In this document: positions 10,991-23,925 of the stretch, piece by piece
Position numbering within the stretch: the first letter of the stretch is position 1
How the letters are laid out: every line of letters begins with the position of its first letter
Source of the DNA: Felis catus
Lineage: Eukaryota
Direction of reading: 5' to 3'
Assembly: GCF_018350175.1 (NCBI RefSeq)
Contig: NC_058368.1
Span: 70,434,001 to 70,498,000, forward strand
DNA length: 64,000 bases
Notes under the pieces: generated by a model
Databases searched by the model: none
The model's input: the letters and a program-made list of their open reading frames with translations, nothing else
Told to the model about the DNA's origin: nothing
Made by a program: the position numbers and the translations under genes

Positions 10991-13959
10991 CTAAAAATGT
11001 TTGTTTTTTTAAATGCAAATTCCTGGGCCTCCCCTCAGAATCTCAGGTAACGAGACTCAGGACTCTGATTGTAAACAGGCATCTCACTGGTTTCGTGCAC
11101 ACTAATGTCTGAAAAAGTGTCTTAGAGACTCTCTGCTCAGAGATATAGAGAGCCCTTGCTTACTGTGGTTTGGACCCAGGCCACCGTGTTGCACAACTCC
11201 AGGGTCACCATTGATATCATGTCCACGTTACAATGGTAATGGCACCCCCATGGCACTGTGGAGTCGACATCCTGCACCTGTGGCCTTTCTGCAGCATGAT
11301 TTTGATCAGTCTACATACATTAATGGGAGCCAACGTTAAACAATTGGGAAATTCCTTACTACAGTCCAAAAGTCTGGGCTGCATTTCTGTTTTCCCCATT
11401 TCCTCATGGCATCCTGAGCAGAGCTTAGGAATACTCAACCTTTTAGATGGGACACGTGCTGGTCAGTTCAACGTGATCTCTACCAATCCCTCTTGTTCCT
11501 AACTCTTCAGAGACTGTTATTAGAGGCCTGTATTGTCGACTTTTTTTTATGAAAACAACCAACCAAAAACAGTTCTCTGTATCTGGGTCACTACCAAAAG
11601 AGTGAAGAGGAAAGACAAATCCAGTAAGTCTGTGTTTTTATTTTTTTTAATTTTTGTTTCACTTTTTGAGAGGGGTGGGGCGCAAGTGAGCAAAGGGCAG
11701 AGAGAGAGGGAGAGAGAGAGAGAGAGAGAGAAGCGGGGGCTTGCCTGAAGCGGAGGATGAACTCATCCGATGCAGGACTCAGACTCATGAATGGTGAGGT
11801 CATGACCTGAGCTGAAGTCAGATGCTTAACCGACTGAGCCTGTTTGTTTTTTTTTTTTAATGTTTATTTATTTTTGAGACAGAGAGAGACACAGCATGAG
11901 CAGGGAAGGGGCAGAAAGAGAGGGAGACACAGAATGTGAAGCAGGCTCCAGGCTCTGAGCTGTCAGCACAGAGCCCGACGTGGGGCTCGAACCCACAAAC
12001 TGTGAGATCATGACCTGAGCCGAAGTCGGAAGCTTAACCGACTGAGCCACCCAGGCGCCCCGAGCCTGTGTTTTTTAACACAGGGGAAAAAAGCACTTTC
12101 GTTTGTGTCCATGGGAGAATATTGCTGTGTGATTAGTGTGCAAGCTAGGTGTGTCCGTTGACGGTTTATGCCCAGCTGCTTCCCTACATGAGGTTCCTGT
12201 GGACACTTGAGGCATCATTTGGATCTCAGGCCAGTGAAAGATGCTGCAGAGATAAGCAGACCAGAGGTGGGGCCTGGAGGAATGAGGAGGAGCAAGAGAA
12301 CTCTCCTCTCCCTCTGTTTGCTGTTAGCACACCCCGGGAACAGAGAGAGCAGCTGAGCTAAGCCGCAACCTGCATCCCTGGGACCTTCGTCAAACGGCAT
12401 GATCACACTGTTCTGATGCTTCATTTCTAATTGCTGCTTTAGGAACCAACTGTCTCATGAGAGTTCTGGCACAAATAGACAGGCTCAATGTTGAGAACTT
12501 TTTTAGCCTCCTTGCTAACGTTCAGAGTATAATTACGGAAATGATCATCACAATAATTGCAAGAACTTACTATGGGCAGGGCCTGTCCTAAGTGGCGTTG
12601 TTGTTGTTTTTAATTGTTTTTAATGTTTATTTATTTTTGAGAGAGAAAGAGAGACAAAGCGTGAATGGGGAAGGGACAGAGAGAAAGGGAGACACAGAAA
12701 CTGAAGCAGGATCCAGGCTCTGAGCTGTCAGCACAGAGCCCGACACGGGGGCTCGAATTCGTGAACATTGACATCATGACCCGAGTCAAAGTTGGACACT
12801 TGTTGTTTTTAATGTATTAAGTTATTTACTGCTCAGAAGACCCTTAAAGGCAGGTATTATTACTACCATCACTCCCTGTTCACAGATGAGGAAAGGAAGG
12901 GAGTTAAGGGTCTGGGGGTGTACACTTAGTCGAGAACAGAGCTGGGATTTGAAGCCAGGCCCCAGGCTCTGGGCGCTTCCCAGCTGCACACACCACCCAG
13001 CTCTCTTGAGAACTTGAGCAAATACCTAGAGTCATTCAGCAACTCCAGTGTATCGACGTGCCATAAAAAACATAGAAGACACAATTACCTATTTCAATTT
13101 TATGTACATAACATTTTCGTGTTCACATTTTAAGATGATAATGTATAACATATGGTAACAGTATACAAATCATTTCTTTTTCTTTTTAATGTTTATTTAT
13201 TTTTATTTTTTTTTAACATTTATTCATTTTTGAAAGACAGAGTATGAGTGGGGGAGGGACAGAGAGAGAGGGAGACACAGAATCCAAAGCAGGCTCCAGG
13301 CTCTGAGCTGTCAGCATAGAGCCTGACATGGGGCTCAAACTCATGGACTATGAGGGCGATGACCTGAGTCGAAGTCAGATGCCTAACTGACTGAGCCACC
13401 CAGGTGCCCTGTTTATTTATTTTTGAGAGAGAGAGAGAGAGAGAGAGAGAACGCGAGCGGGAGAAGAGCAGAGAGAGAGGCAGACTCCGAAGCAGGCTGC
13501 CCAGAACCCAATGTGGGGCTGGAACCCATGAACCGTGAGATCATGACCTGAGCCTAAGTCGGATGCTTAACTGGGCCACCCAGGCATCCCCAAATCATTT
13601 TTTTAAAATAGAATTGTTGGGGTGCCTGGGTGGCTCAGTCGGTTAAGCGTCCGACTTTGGCTCAGGTCATGATCTCACGGTCCATGAGTTCAGGCCCCGC
13701 GTCGGGCTCTGTGCTGACGGCTCAGAGCCTGGAGCCTGTTTCAGATCCTGTGTCTCCCTCTCTCTCTGACCCTCCCCTGTTCATGCTCTGTCTCTCTCTG
13801 TCTCAAAAATAAACAAACGTTAAAAAAAATTAAAATAGAATTGTTGATAAAAGGCCCTGATCTTTTCATATTTGGCATGATGGATCATTAGCTGGAATTT
13901 ATATAAACTACCAGGAATAAAAAGTTGTTCTATTAATTAGCTTGGAATAATTTTTTGTT

Positions 13960-14392
13960 TTTATTTATTGTTATTTTTTTTTACTTTCAAGATTTTATCT
14001 AAGTTCAAGTTAGTTAACATATAGTGTAGTATTTGTTTCAGGGTAGAACTTAGTGATTCATGACTAAACACCCAGTGCTCATCACAAGTGCCCTCCTTCA
14101 TGCTCATCACCCATGTAGCCCATCCCCCCACCTCCCCTCCAGCAACCCTCAGTTTGTTCTCCAGAGTTAAGAGTCTCTCTCATGGTATGCCTCCCTCACT
14201 GTTTTCGTCTGATTTTATTTTCCCTTCCCTTCCCCTCTGTTCATGGTTTTGCTCCTTAAATTCCACATATCAGTGAAATCATATGATATTTGTCTTTCTC
14301 TAACTGACTTATTTCGCTTAGCATAATACCCTCTAGTTCCACCCACATCATTGCAAATGGCAAAATTTAATTCTTTTTTGATGGCTGAGTGA
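13960..14392 (-). mobile_element. Carnivore L1 3' end
   Basis: T-rich tail then acacccagtgctcatcacaagtgccctcc...gtgaaatcatatgatatttgtctttctctaactgacttatttcgcttagcataatacc. Probable TSD gaataattttt / aaataattttt. Confidence 0.82.
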
Positions 14393-16673
14393 TAGTATGA
14401 AATAATTTTTAAAATGATACCTTTTAGGGGCGCCTGGGTGGATCAGTCGGTTGGGCATCCAACTTCGGCTCAGGTCATGATCTCACGGTTGGTGGGTTCG
14501 AGCCCCTCGTCGGGCTCTATGCTGACAGCTCAGAGCCTGGAGCCTGCTTCAGATTCTGTGTCTGCCCCTCTCATGATCATGGTCTGTCTCTATCTCTCAA
14601 TAATAAATAAATATTAAAAAAAATTTTAATGATATCTTTTATCTTAAGGACTCATGTGGATTGTTTTCCTTATCGATCTAACTCTGTGGTTTATTAGCAG
14701 ATTGTGTTAGAATCTCTTTTCTTTTCCTTTAGGAAGTCTGGAATAAGAGATTAGACCTTGTCTGTTTTCATCACAAATATGTCGTGACCGTTGATATTTT
14801 ATGCCTCTGCTTTATACATAGAGTCACATACACCTTTTAAACCCTATGGTGTAAGAATATATGGAAAATTGGCGAGAATTCAAAAAAAAAAGAACAAAAA
14901 TAATCAAAGGGTTGAAAAACTACAGAAATATTTAGTTTGGAGAAAAGAAGGCTAAAGGTGTTTGAAAAACTCACTTCTGAGATGAGTAACAAATCAGGAG
15001 GATAGTGAACAGATGTTCTAGCATTTGGTGGCTGGTGGAGCAGGTCTGGTTAAGGATACTACACAGAGCAACTATAGGGGAATAAAACAGAGGTACCAGC
15101 ACCAGAGAGCAGTGTTATAATGAACACTGGGGCATGTTTTCATTGGGAGAATGTAGGAGCACAAAGGCAGGGTTTATTAAAGGACACTCAGCCCAGAGGG
15201 ACATAGGGTCGTAGGGATTTTCCAAGCTTGGTGTCAGGATGTCCCCACTTCGATGAGCATTCCTTCCTCCTCAGAGTCAGGCTCGCTCATGCAGGGTCCA
15301 TCTGAGTCCCAGTTGGCCTGGCATGTTGGCACAGGATAGAACCTTCCTGGCCTGCACATGAGGACACACTACTATCTGCTGGTTCAGAAAACTCAGGTTG
15401 CTATTCTTTTGTGTCTTTTTGGCCATTGGTGGGTCGCTCGTTGCTGAATAATCCCTGATAAATAAGTATTCCAATCCCATGTTTATATCCATAAGGACAT
15501 AAACAATTGCCAAATCGGGACAATCACCTCACTTTAACCTTGTTACCAACCTCAGTTTCTATCATACATAATATCTCTGAACCAACAAAAAGGGGAATGT
15601 TAAAGCCCCTTATTTATGTGGTTCTACCAGTAGAGGTTCTGAGATTTTCCTAGAACATAATTTATCTTTTTTAAAAAGTTTATTCGTTTTATTTATTTTT
15701 AGTCATCTCTACACCCAACATGGGGCTTGGACTCACGACCCCAAGATCAAGAGTCACATGCTCTACCGACTGAGCCAGCCAGGCACCCAGGAACATAATT
15801 CATCTCGCAATGGTTTTGGAAATCCTTTATTCACACTTGTGTGACACTACTCATTCATTGGGGCACGAGGTAGATGCTGGATATGGACAATGCGAAGCCC
15901 ATCCCCTCGTCAGAAGCAAGTAAGGAGCAAGTGCAGCTTGATGCTTTCTTCCCCTCATTCATCGCATTCAATTGAATACATATTGAAGCCCTACTGTGCA
16001 CCAATCGCTGTGCCAAGCCTTGGGGAAACAAAGAAGAGAAACGGGCCCTGCTTGCATTGTGTGAAAAGGACAGGCCGTTACACAATGACCACAAAGTAGT
16101 GTGTCCCTGCTTTGATAAAGGAATGCAAGGCCCAAGGTGCGACAGGAACCCAAATGCATGGAATTCAGCCCCCATCACGGAGCAGTGGACTGGAACCTCT
16201 CAAATTCCTCTTACCTAACATCAGAATTGGTCCTAGTGACTGGACCACAGATGCATCTGCACAGAGTTCAAGGTGAGTTGTGACTATGAAAGAGATTGGT
16301 ACCAGGGAAGGGGGGAGGTTGGAGCCAGGTGAGTGACTGACAGTGTCTCCTTGATCCTGGATGGAGATGCTCCATAGCCTTAACTTGAAGCAATTTTAGA
16401 TTTGGTGGATGTCATGGGCGGAAAGATTGTAACAGTGCAGCTTTTGGCTCCTGATCTTATCACCATATACATGGCATAGGAGATCAGAGAAATTGTCACC
16501 TTCGGACAGTGGTGTTGCTATAAAGAGCATGACAAACTGAGTCCCTATGGTTGCCGGGCAGATGTAAAATCTCAGCATCGCTTTTCCCTAGGTAGAAATT
16601 AAGAAAGTGCAAAGGGAAACAGGTGAATTGCAGATGAAAGAAGAAATTTTAAGTGTGAATTAAAGAGAAAAGC

Positions 16674-17119
16674 TGAGTGCTGCCTAGGACTGCCATACAA
16701 AGCACACAAACTGGGTGGCTTCAAACAACAGAACTTCAGTGCCTCACAATCCTAGAGGCTATCAGTCCCAAATCCAGGAGTCAGCAGGGCTGTGCTCCCA
16801 CTGAAATCTATGGAGCAAGACCCTTCCTTGCCTTTTCCAGCTTCTGAGGTTTTGCTGGCCATCCTGGGTGTTCCCTGGCTTGCAGACCCAGCTTCTCAAC
16901 TTCTGCTTCCATTATCACATGGTGTTGTCCCTGGGTCTGTATGAGTGCCTTCCTATAAGGAGAGCAGTCATACTGGATCGGGTCCTACCCTGCTCCATAA
17001 TGACTTCCTCATAACGGATTACATCTGAATGACCCTATTTGCAAATAAGGTCACATTCCGAGGTACTAGGGGTAGGAATTCGATATGCTTTTTTTGGTTA
17101 CACAATTCAACTAACAACA
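16674..17119 (-). mobile_element. MaLR LTR (MLT1C-like)
   Basis: actgccatacaaagcacacaaactgggtggcttcaaacaacagaa...caaataaggtcacattccgaggtactagggg...cacaattcaactaacaaca. Confidence 0.78.
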
Positions 17120-17880
17120 CTGAGGGAGCTGAAGATGTAGATAACTACAACTAATCCAACTAGTCCAGAGCCCCAGACTTAAGTTTTCCATGAAAACTAG
17201 AAGGGCTAAGGTCAACAAGCAAAATTAAAAAGTGGCATCTGATATCTGATAGCCAATTTGGGTACTTTGCTTCATATTGCCGGCTTATTTTCTGAAATTT
17301 AGGAAATATTTTCACGTGTTCTACTTTCATTGGCTGCTGTGGTGGTGACACTTCTTGTGTATGCACATTTCGATTGCCTTTCCACAGATTTGCAATAATA
17401 TTGCCAACAATGGAAATAAGAATGATAAAAAATTTCCTACACTTATTTTTATGATGATCTTGCCTTGGAAAAAGGAGAATTAAAAGATCATGTGGATGCA
17501 TTTTGTTTTAGGGCATTATGTTGAAAACATGAACATGAATCAATTTGAATCAATGTGCTACTACTGGTCAGCATGAATGGCCCATAAAGACACACAAGCA
17601 AGCACAACTTAAGTGTTTAACCCAACAATGACCATCACATGCCTGAGTAAGTCTTAAAAGTGAGAAAGTAACAGGGGCGCCTGGGAGGTTCAGTCGGTTG
17701 AGCATCCAACTCTTTGATTTCAGCTCAGGTCATGGTGTCACAGTTCGTGGAATTGAGCCCCACGTTCTACAACATGGAGCCTTCTTGGGATTCTCTCTCT
17801 CTTTCTCTCTTCCCCTCTCATGCTTATGCTCTCTCTCTCTCTCAAAATAAATTAATAAACATGTTTTAAAAACTGAGCAA

Positions 17881-18090
17881 ATGAGGAGACAAACCATAAG
17901 AAACTCTTAAATACATAGAACAACCTGAGGGTTGCTGGAGGGTTGTGGGTGGGGGATGGGCTAAATGGGTGAGGGCTAAATTGGTAGGATGAGCACTGGG
18001 TGTTGTACATAAGTGATAGATCACTAAATTTTATGCCTGAAATCATTATCACACTGTATGTTAACTAATTTGGACTTAAATTTGAAAAAA
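17881..18090 (+). mobile_element. Carnivore L1 3' end (5'-truncated)
   Basis: gagacaaaccataagaaactcttaaa...gatgagcactgggtgttgta...ctgtatgttaactaa followed by an A tail. Confidence 0.82.
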
Positions 18091-20959
18091 AAAAGTGAGC
18101 AAGTGAGAGATAGGCTCCCACTTACGTTGAAACAGCCTTGAGGGAGGTGGGTGTTGGCCTTGCTCTGATGGACGGGAGGCTCCTGACCAGTTTGGGAAGA
18201 AGACATATCCTGGTCAGGAGATGAGATTCCGATGTTTGGCATATCTTCCCTGTTTTGATGATGCCCTGAGATCCTGCTTGCACTTTGGCAAGCATCTAGG
18301 GCAGCGACATCAAGTGGAGTCCCTTATGAAGTATCAATCGGTAGCCATATCCATTAAAAGGAAGAAAATGCTGGCCCTACTAAAATGTCCTGTCCTGGGA
18401 CCAGAGGTAATAGGGTAAAGGGAATTAGCAATTTGGTCTCATGTCTTTCTTCCCACTTTTACTAGCTGCAGCCAGCATCCCAACCATATCCTTTCTGTCC
18501 ATCCTGGAGGTCACTAGGGCTTCGGTGGATGACTGCCATACAAGCACCCGTGTCTCTCTGCCTAAGGGCTTTCTCTGGATGCAGGAGTAAATGAAGCAGG
18601 CTGAAAGTGCAGGTGGCTTATAACCCCAGGAGCAACACTCCTCATGAGGGAGGGCAAATAGCCCAGCTTTCTTGCCTGTTGGTGAGACATTGTTGAGGTG
18701 TGGTTCTGCTCAGTCTCTTAGAGGGTATTTAGTAGGATTTAATTCCTGACACCTACAGCTGTACAACCTGCTCAGTATTATTTTAAACATTCATTTATTT
18801 TGAGAGAGAGAAAGAGCACTCATGGGGGAAGGGAAGAGAAAGAAACCCAAGTAGACAGTGCAGAGCCCACTGCGGGGCTCGATCTCATGAACCATGAGAT
18901 CATGACCTGAGCTGAAATCAAGAGTCAGACGCGTAACCAACTGAGCCACGCAGGTGCCCCCGTAACTAGCTCATTATTGACTGCCCTCTTCCCTAGCTCC
19001 TCCCATGCTTCCTGGGATTGCCTCCCCAATACAGAGGTGGGATTTGCACCTAAATCCTTGTCTCAAGTTGGCTTCTGGGGGGAACAGAAGCTAATAGCAT
19101 TATATCCAATATTCCCTTTCATGGGGAATATTCAACTTGTTTAAACAATATAGATGGGCTGGGGGGCACTTGGGGGGCTCAGTCGGTTAAGCGTCTAACT
19201 TCAGCCTGGGTCATGATCTCACAGTTTGTGAGTTTGAGTCCTGCATCAGGCTTTCTGCTGTCAGCACAGAGTCTGCTCTAAATCCTCTGTCCCCCTCTCT
19301 CTGCCCCTCCCTGGCTCATGCTCTCTTTCTCAAAAATAAAATAAACATTAATAAAAACCAGAGTCATCCTGTCCTCTATCACCTTTACTTGTTTAAAAAA
19401 TATATATATTCTGTTTAATACCATATGTATATATACATATATATTGGGTGTGGTATTGACAGCACGGCAGTGGAAGCCTAGGAATGCATTCTGTTTTATC
19501 ACTGCAGTATGACAATCAGCAAGATCCTGTCCACTTGATCAAAACCACCCTTGGGAAAGAAAAGTGGATAAGGAACAGAATAATCCTCTGCGTGTACAAT
19601 TATAAATATTCTAATCCATGGTTAGAGTTATGGAATATCTATGGCCATATTGAGATAATTAAAAGCCTCTATATTTCCTGTTTATGTAATAATATACCTA
19701 AAAACAAGGTATAAGAAAAGGTCTTGGGGCACCTGGGTGACTCAATCAGTTAAGCATCTGACTTCAGCTCAGGTCATGGTCTCGCAGTTCATGAGTTCGA
19801 GCCCCACGTCAGGCTCTGTGCTGATGGCTCGGAGCCTGGAGCCTGCTTTGGATTCTGTGTCTCCCTCTCTCTCTTCCTCTCCCCAGCCTGCACTTTCTCT
19901 CTCTCTCAAAAATAAATATTTAAAAAAAAAGGTCTTATGTGTAGTGTAATCTGATGTATAATTTTGAAGATTACCTAAGACTGCATTATTCACATTAGAC
20001 TATTCAAAACCTAATTACATTTTGTCAGATGTATGCATGGCATAAATGGCATCTAGCATCATGCTCTCAATCCTAAGTGACCCAACTCTCACTTTTATAA
20101 CACATATTCTGTGATTCTGCCTTTAGTATCCTTAATGAAACTCAAGGAAAATATATTGCACATAGTTTTAATAATCAATATAATATCCTCATGTTGATAT
20201 AAAGAAACAAAGGAAAGAAATTTATAATGAAATAATACATATTTTGATCTGTAGGTGTTTGGGTGTGACCGTCCTGGAGGCACAATGCTTGCATCCACCT
20301 ATAAGTATGTTAGTGTGTACAATACATAGAAGGAAGGAGAGGGGCGTCTGGGTGGCTCAGGGGGTTGAGCGTCTGACTTCGGCTCAGGTCATGATCTCCT
20401 GGCTCGTGGGTTCGAGCCCTGCCAGGAGCTCTGTGCTGACAGCTCAGAGCCTGGAGCCCCTTTGGACTGTGTGTCTCCCTCTCTCTCTGCCCTTCCTCTG
20501 CTCATGCTCTGTCTCTTCTCCTTCAAAAATAAATAAACATTAAAAAAAAAAAAAGGAAGGAAGGAGATGAGAAACGATGCCACACAGGATGTACAGAAAA
20601 ATGTGAGGGCAGAAGGAGGAGGCACAGAGGCACAGCAGAATAAAAGCTAGTGCGGGGCAAGTAAGTCCATGTCTGGTACCACCAGACCGGATATGTTTAT
20701 ATGGACATAAGAAAGAGAAGTAACCCTAACGTAGCCCCTGAGAAAGAGAAGGTGATCTGTGTGGGAAAGATGAGGAGGTGTGATTGTCTCACAAATGTGA
20801 CAGGTTCTAGATGAATGATTTAAAAATACTTTCCTATGTTTGTTTGGAAGGGGTAGTGATGAAGTTTGACAGAAAACTGATCTCCTGTTCTGAAATGCCA
20901 CCACATGGTAGGGCATGTGCCCCATCTCTAGGACTTAGATCCAGGAGACCACAGCCTTT

Positions 20960-21494
20960 CATATGTGATGGGAAATAGAGGTGAATCAGAAAAAGAAAAA
21001 GCTCTACAGAAATAAGGCGGTGGACTAGCGGGGGTACTGGAGGAAGACCAGGGGACAAACAGGCAAACCAACTCTTATCATTTCCCAAGTAAAGCCCCAC
21101 ACCATCATTTCCATATGCAAATTCCTCAGCGGAGCTTCCTCCTCATTGGGCCGTGAAAACCTGAAACCCATATAGGCTGGCCCTGCCACCACTGCTCCAC
21201 TCCGCTGGCTCGCTCGCTCACCTGGTGGCCTGCATGTGGAGAACCCGAGAACCCGAGCTACTTGGACGGAGCAGACGGTGAGTGATGAGGTCTGGGGCAA
21301 GTACCCCAGCCACCTCTTCCTCTGGTGGGATTGACCTGGGGGCACTGGCTCCACTTGCCCACGGTCGTATAATTCGTCTCTACTGGCTTCCACCCTCCCA
21401 CTGGTCTTCCCTAGGACAACTTCCAGACAACTTGAACTTTGAACTTGAAACTTTGTCTCCAAGTCTGCTTTTGGTGAGACCCAAGCTAAAAACA
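20960..21494 (+). mobile_element. ERVL-class LTR remnant (LTR16-like)
   Basis: 3' end ctttgtctccaagtctgcttttggtgagacccaagctaaaaca resembles LTR16-family termini. Similar ends at ~19097 and ~51040. Left boundary uncertain. Confidence 0.45.
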
Positions 21495-21544
21495 GATGGT
21501 GGTAATCTGAAATGTGTGGGGTTTTTTTAATTAATTGATGAAAC

Positions 21545-23925
21545 TTAATGAAGTTCTGATTCTGTTAAAAGAAATCTCAAACTTTCCATTACATTTTGTT
21601 GCTTTTGCAGGAATTGCCCCACTGCACTGAACCCCTCTGCACCTAAATATGCGGTTGGGAATACGGTAATAATCATGTTAAAGAAGGATGTCCCACATTA
21701 AAATCACGTTTTAGCTCATTTAACATTTCCTACAAACTGGCTAGTATGTTGCATCATTTTTAAGTGGATTAATCATCTAATCTGATATTACAAATCCACA
21801 CTGATCTTTAGATATAATCATTATATGTTTATATAATATAAAATTATGAAAATTAACAATACAATCTCAAACCAGTATTTCAGACCTACCTAGCCTTAGC
21901 TGCCACAGATACTGGAACTGTAAAAATTCTGGGCAAGAAAGCATCTCTTAAAATGATAAGTTTGTTGGGACACCTGGGTGGCTCAGTTGGTTAAGCATCT
22001 GACTTCAGCTCAGGTCATGATCTCCTGGTTCTTGAGTTCAAGCCCCTCGTCAAGCTCTGGGCTGACAGTTTGGAGCCTGGAGCCTGCTTCAGATTCTGTG
22101 TTTCCCTCTCTGTCTGCCCCTCCCCCACTTACACTCTTTTTTTCTCTCTCTCTCAAAAATAAATAAACACTAAAAAGATTTAAAAAATAAATTGAAATAA
22201 AAAATAAAAATAAAATAAATTGAAATTGAAATAAATTGAAAAATTTCATAATTCCTTCCTCTTTAGTAATCTCAATCTCATTTGCTTACAGTTTAAACAC
22301 TTTTAACATTTCTGATACATGTGATATGTATCAAATCACTTTGTGATATTTTGATATCACTATTTAATTTTTCATTGATTGAAGTAAAGATTGCATGTTC
22401 GTATCAAAGAAGAAATAATTTTTTTTTAATTTTTTTTAACGTTTATTTATTTTTGAGACAGAGAGAGACAGAGCATGAACAGGGGAGGGGCAGAGAGAGA
22501 GGCAGACACAGAATCCGAAACAGGCTCCAGGCTCCGAGCTGTCAGCACAGAGCCCGACGTGGGGCTCAAACTCACGGACCGCGAGATCATGACCTGAGCC
22601 GAAGTCGGACGCTTAACCGACCCAGCCACCCAGGCGCCCCGAAATAAAATATTTTAAAACAATTTTCTTTGGAATACCGTCTTATTTCCATATGTAGTAC
22701 AAGGCAGTCAAACTCCTTTTCAGGCACTGCCAAGATTGCAAAATAATCTTTTATTCGATAGTACGGATAGGATTCATTGATGTGTGGGTCTTTCACTGAG
22801 ATTTTTGGTGACTGAGGCTGTCAGTGAATAATTCAATGACTTGCTAACATGGCTGTTGCTACTTTTCAGTTGTTTATCAACCCATGTTGTCACTGACCGT
22901 GGCTACTGCTGCATTTGTTGTGCAAGGACATTGCAAAAGGAAAAATGTGTCCTGTGAAATAATGTTTAAGAATTTAAAATTTTCACAACTCTGAGTATCT
23001 CTTGTCTGTGTATATGCAAGTACATTTTCTACTCAGTGTTTTTACTCCCATCAATCTTGCATTTGTGGTTAGCAGAATTTATTATCATGCAGGTTACTTC
23101 CACTCACACGCAACAGACACTCTTCTGTCTGTAGATCATGTCACAGCCCATTTTCTACCGCTTGGGATTTCTCACAGATTCTTCTGCATACAATATTGTT
23201 GCTCAACAGAACAGAAGAAATCTTTAAAATTTCTTACTGTCATAATTTATAACCTCTTATGCAACTGGTAAAATTAATTTTTCTCTTATATTGTTCGGAT
23301 GACCACAGATTGCTATTATTTGTGCAGTTCAGTTAAGAAATGGTACCTATAGGATGCGAGGGTAATCTGACATCTGTCACCCCATGGATGACCAGGGTTG
23401 ATTCGCTGATTTGGCTGGCTAGGTGGTTGTCCCCACTGCTCCATGTGCGTCCCTCCTGAAGCTTTGTGCTTGGTCCATGAGGATGACCTTCCCTGACAGA
23501 GGAGGACCGTTCTTGGGTCAAGGGTATACGATAACTGCCCTTCCCTGCTGGAACCTCCAGACAAACTCTCAAGGTCTATTTGTGGGAGAACATAGGGGAG
23601 TCCAGCTTCCAAGACTCCAGACACATCCAAATGAGGTGCTGCACGTGGCAGTCTGCCTTCTTTAAGAAAAAGAAGAGAAAAAAAGAAAAAAAACGGTAAC
23701 TGTATCTTTCAGATTAGATTTGAAAGAAACATTTCAGGGACAATACTATGATTTTCAAACTTTCCCTATATCTCTGAAGTTTCTACCTTTGCCAACTCTG
23801 TGTCTTTCTTTATAAAATATTCACTTAATCTTGATGAGTTCACCTAGATAAATTAGAAAAAAAACCTATGTTTTCAGTATGGACACTTTCAAATATTCAA
23901 TGGAGTATTCTCAACACCTTTTTAA
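21545..23925 (-). mobile_element. Fossil hAT (Charlie/Buster-type) DNA transposon, degenerate transposase coding region
   Basis: Minus-strand translation gives Buster-family motifs in the correct order, with stops and frameshifts: KRC*EYSIEYLK (~23920), IAICGHPNNIREKLILPVA*EV (~23315), LSNNIVCRRICEKSQAVENGL (~23205), EFDCLVLHMEIRRYSKENCFKIFY (~22715; in ORF 22587..22796; cf. LLLHTEVRWLSKG), D*MINP (~21780), VFPTAYLGAEGFSAV...SLRFLLTESE (~21665-21550; hAT dimerisation region). Confidence 0.85.
23352..23693 (+). pseudogene. 7SK snRNA (RN7SK) full-length processed pseudogene with A-rich tail
   Basis: Colinear with recalled 7SK from 5' GGATG(C)GAGGG through GGTCAAGGGTATACGA and CTTCCAAGACTCCAGACACATCCAAATGAGG to GGCAGTCTGCCTTCTTT (23663). 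A-rich tail at 23664-23693. Degenerate TSD aagaaatggtacctata (23335-23351) / aaaaaacggtaactgta (23688-23704). Confidence 0.95.

Noticed and set aside
17160..17640. 113-aa ORF in apparently non-repetitive sequence
   Set aside because: No recognisable protein or transposase motif in the frames I translated and no splice support; it cannot be classified without a search.
23352..23663. Functional 7SK gene
   Set aside because: A tail and TSD, internal deletions, mutated GATC motifs, and upstream sequence that is transposon coding remnant rather than a PSE/TATA promoter.
21545..23925. Domesticated ZBED-like protein-coding gene
   Set aside because: Many stops and frameshifts, degraded catalytic-region motifs (DES reads SGS; RW reads RR), and three retroposon insertions within the coding region.
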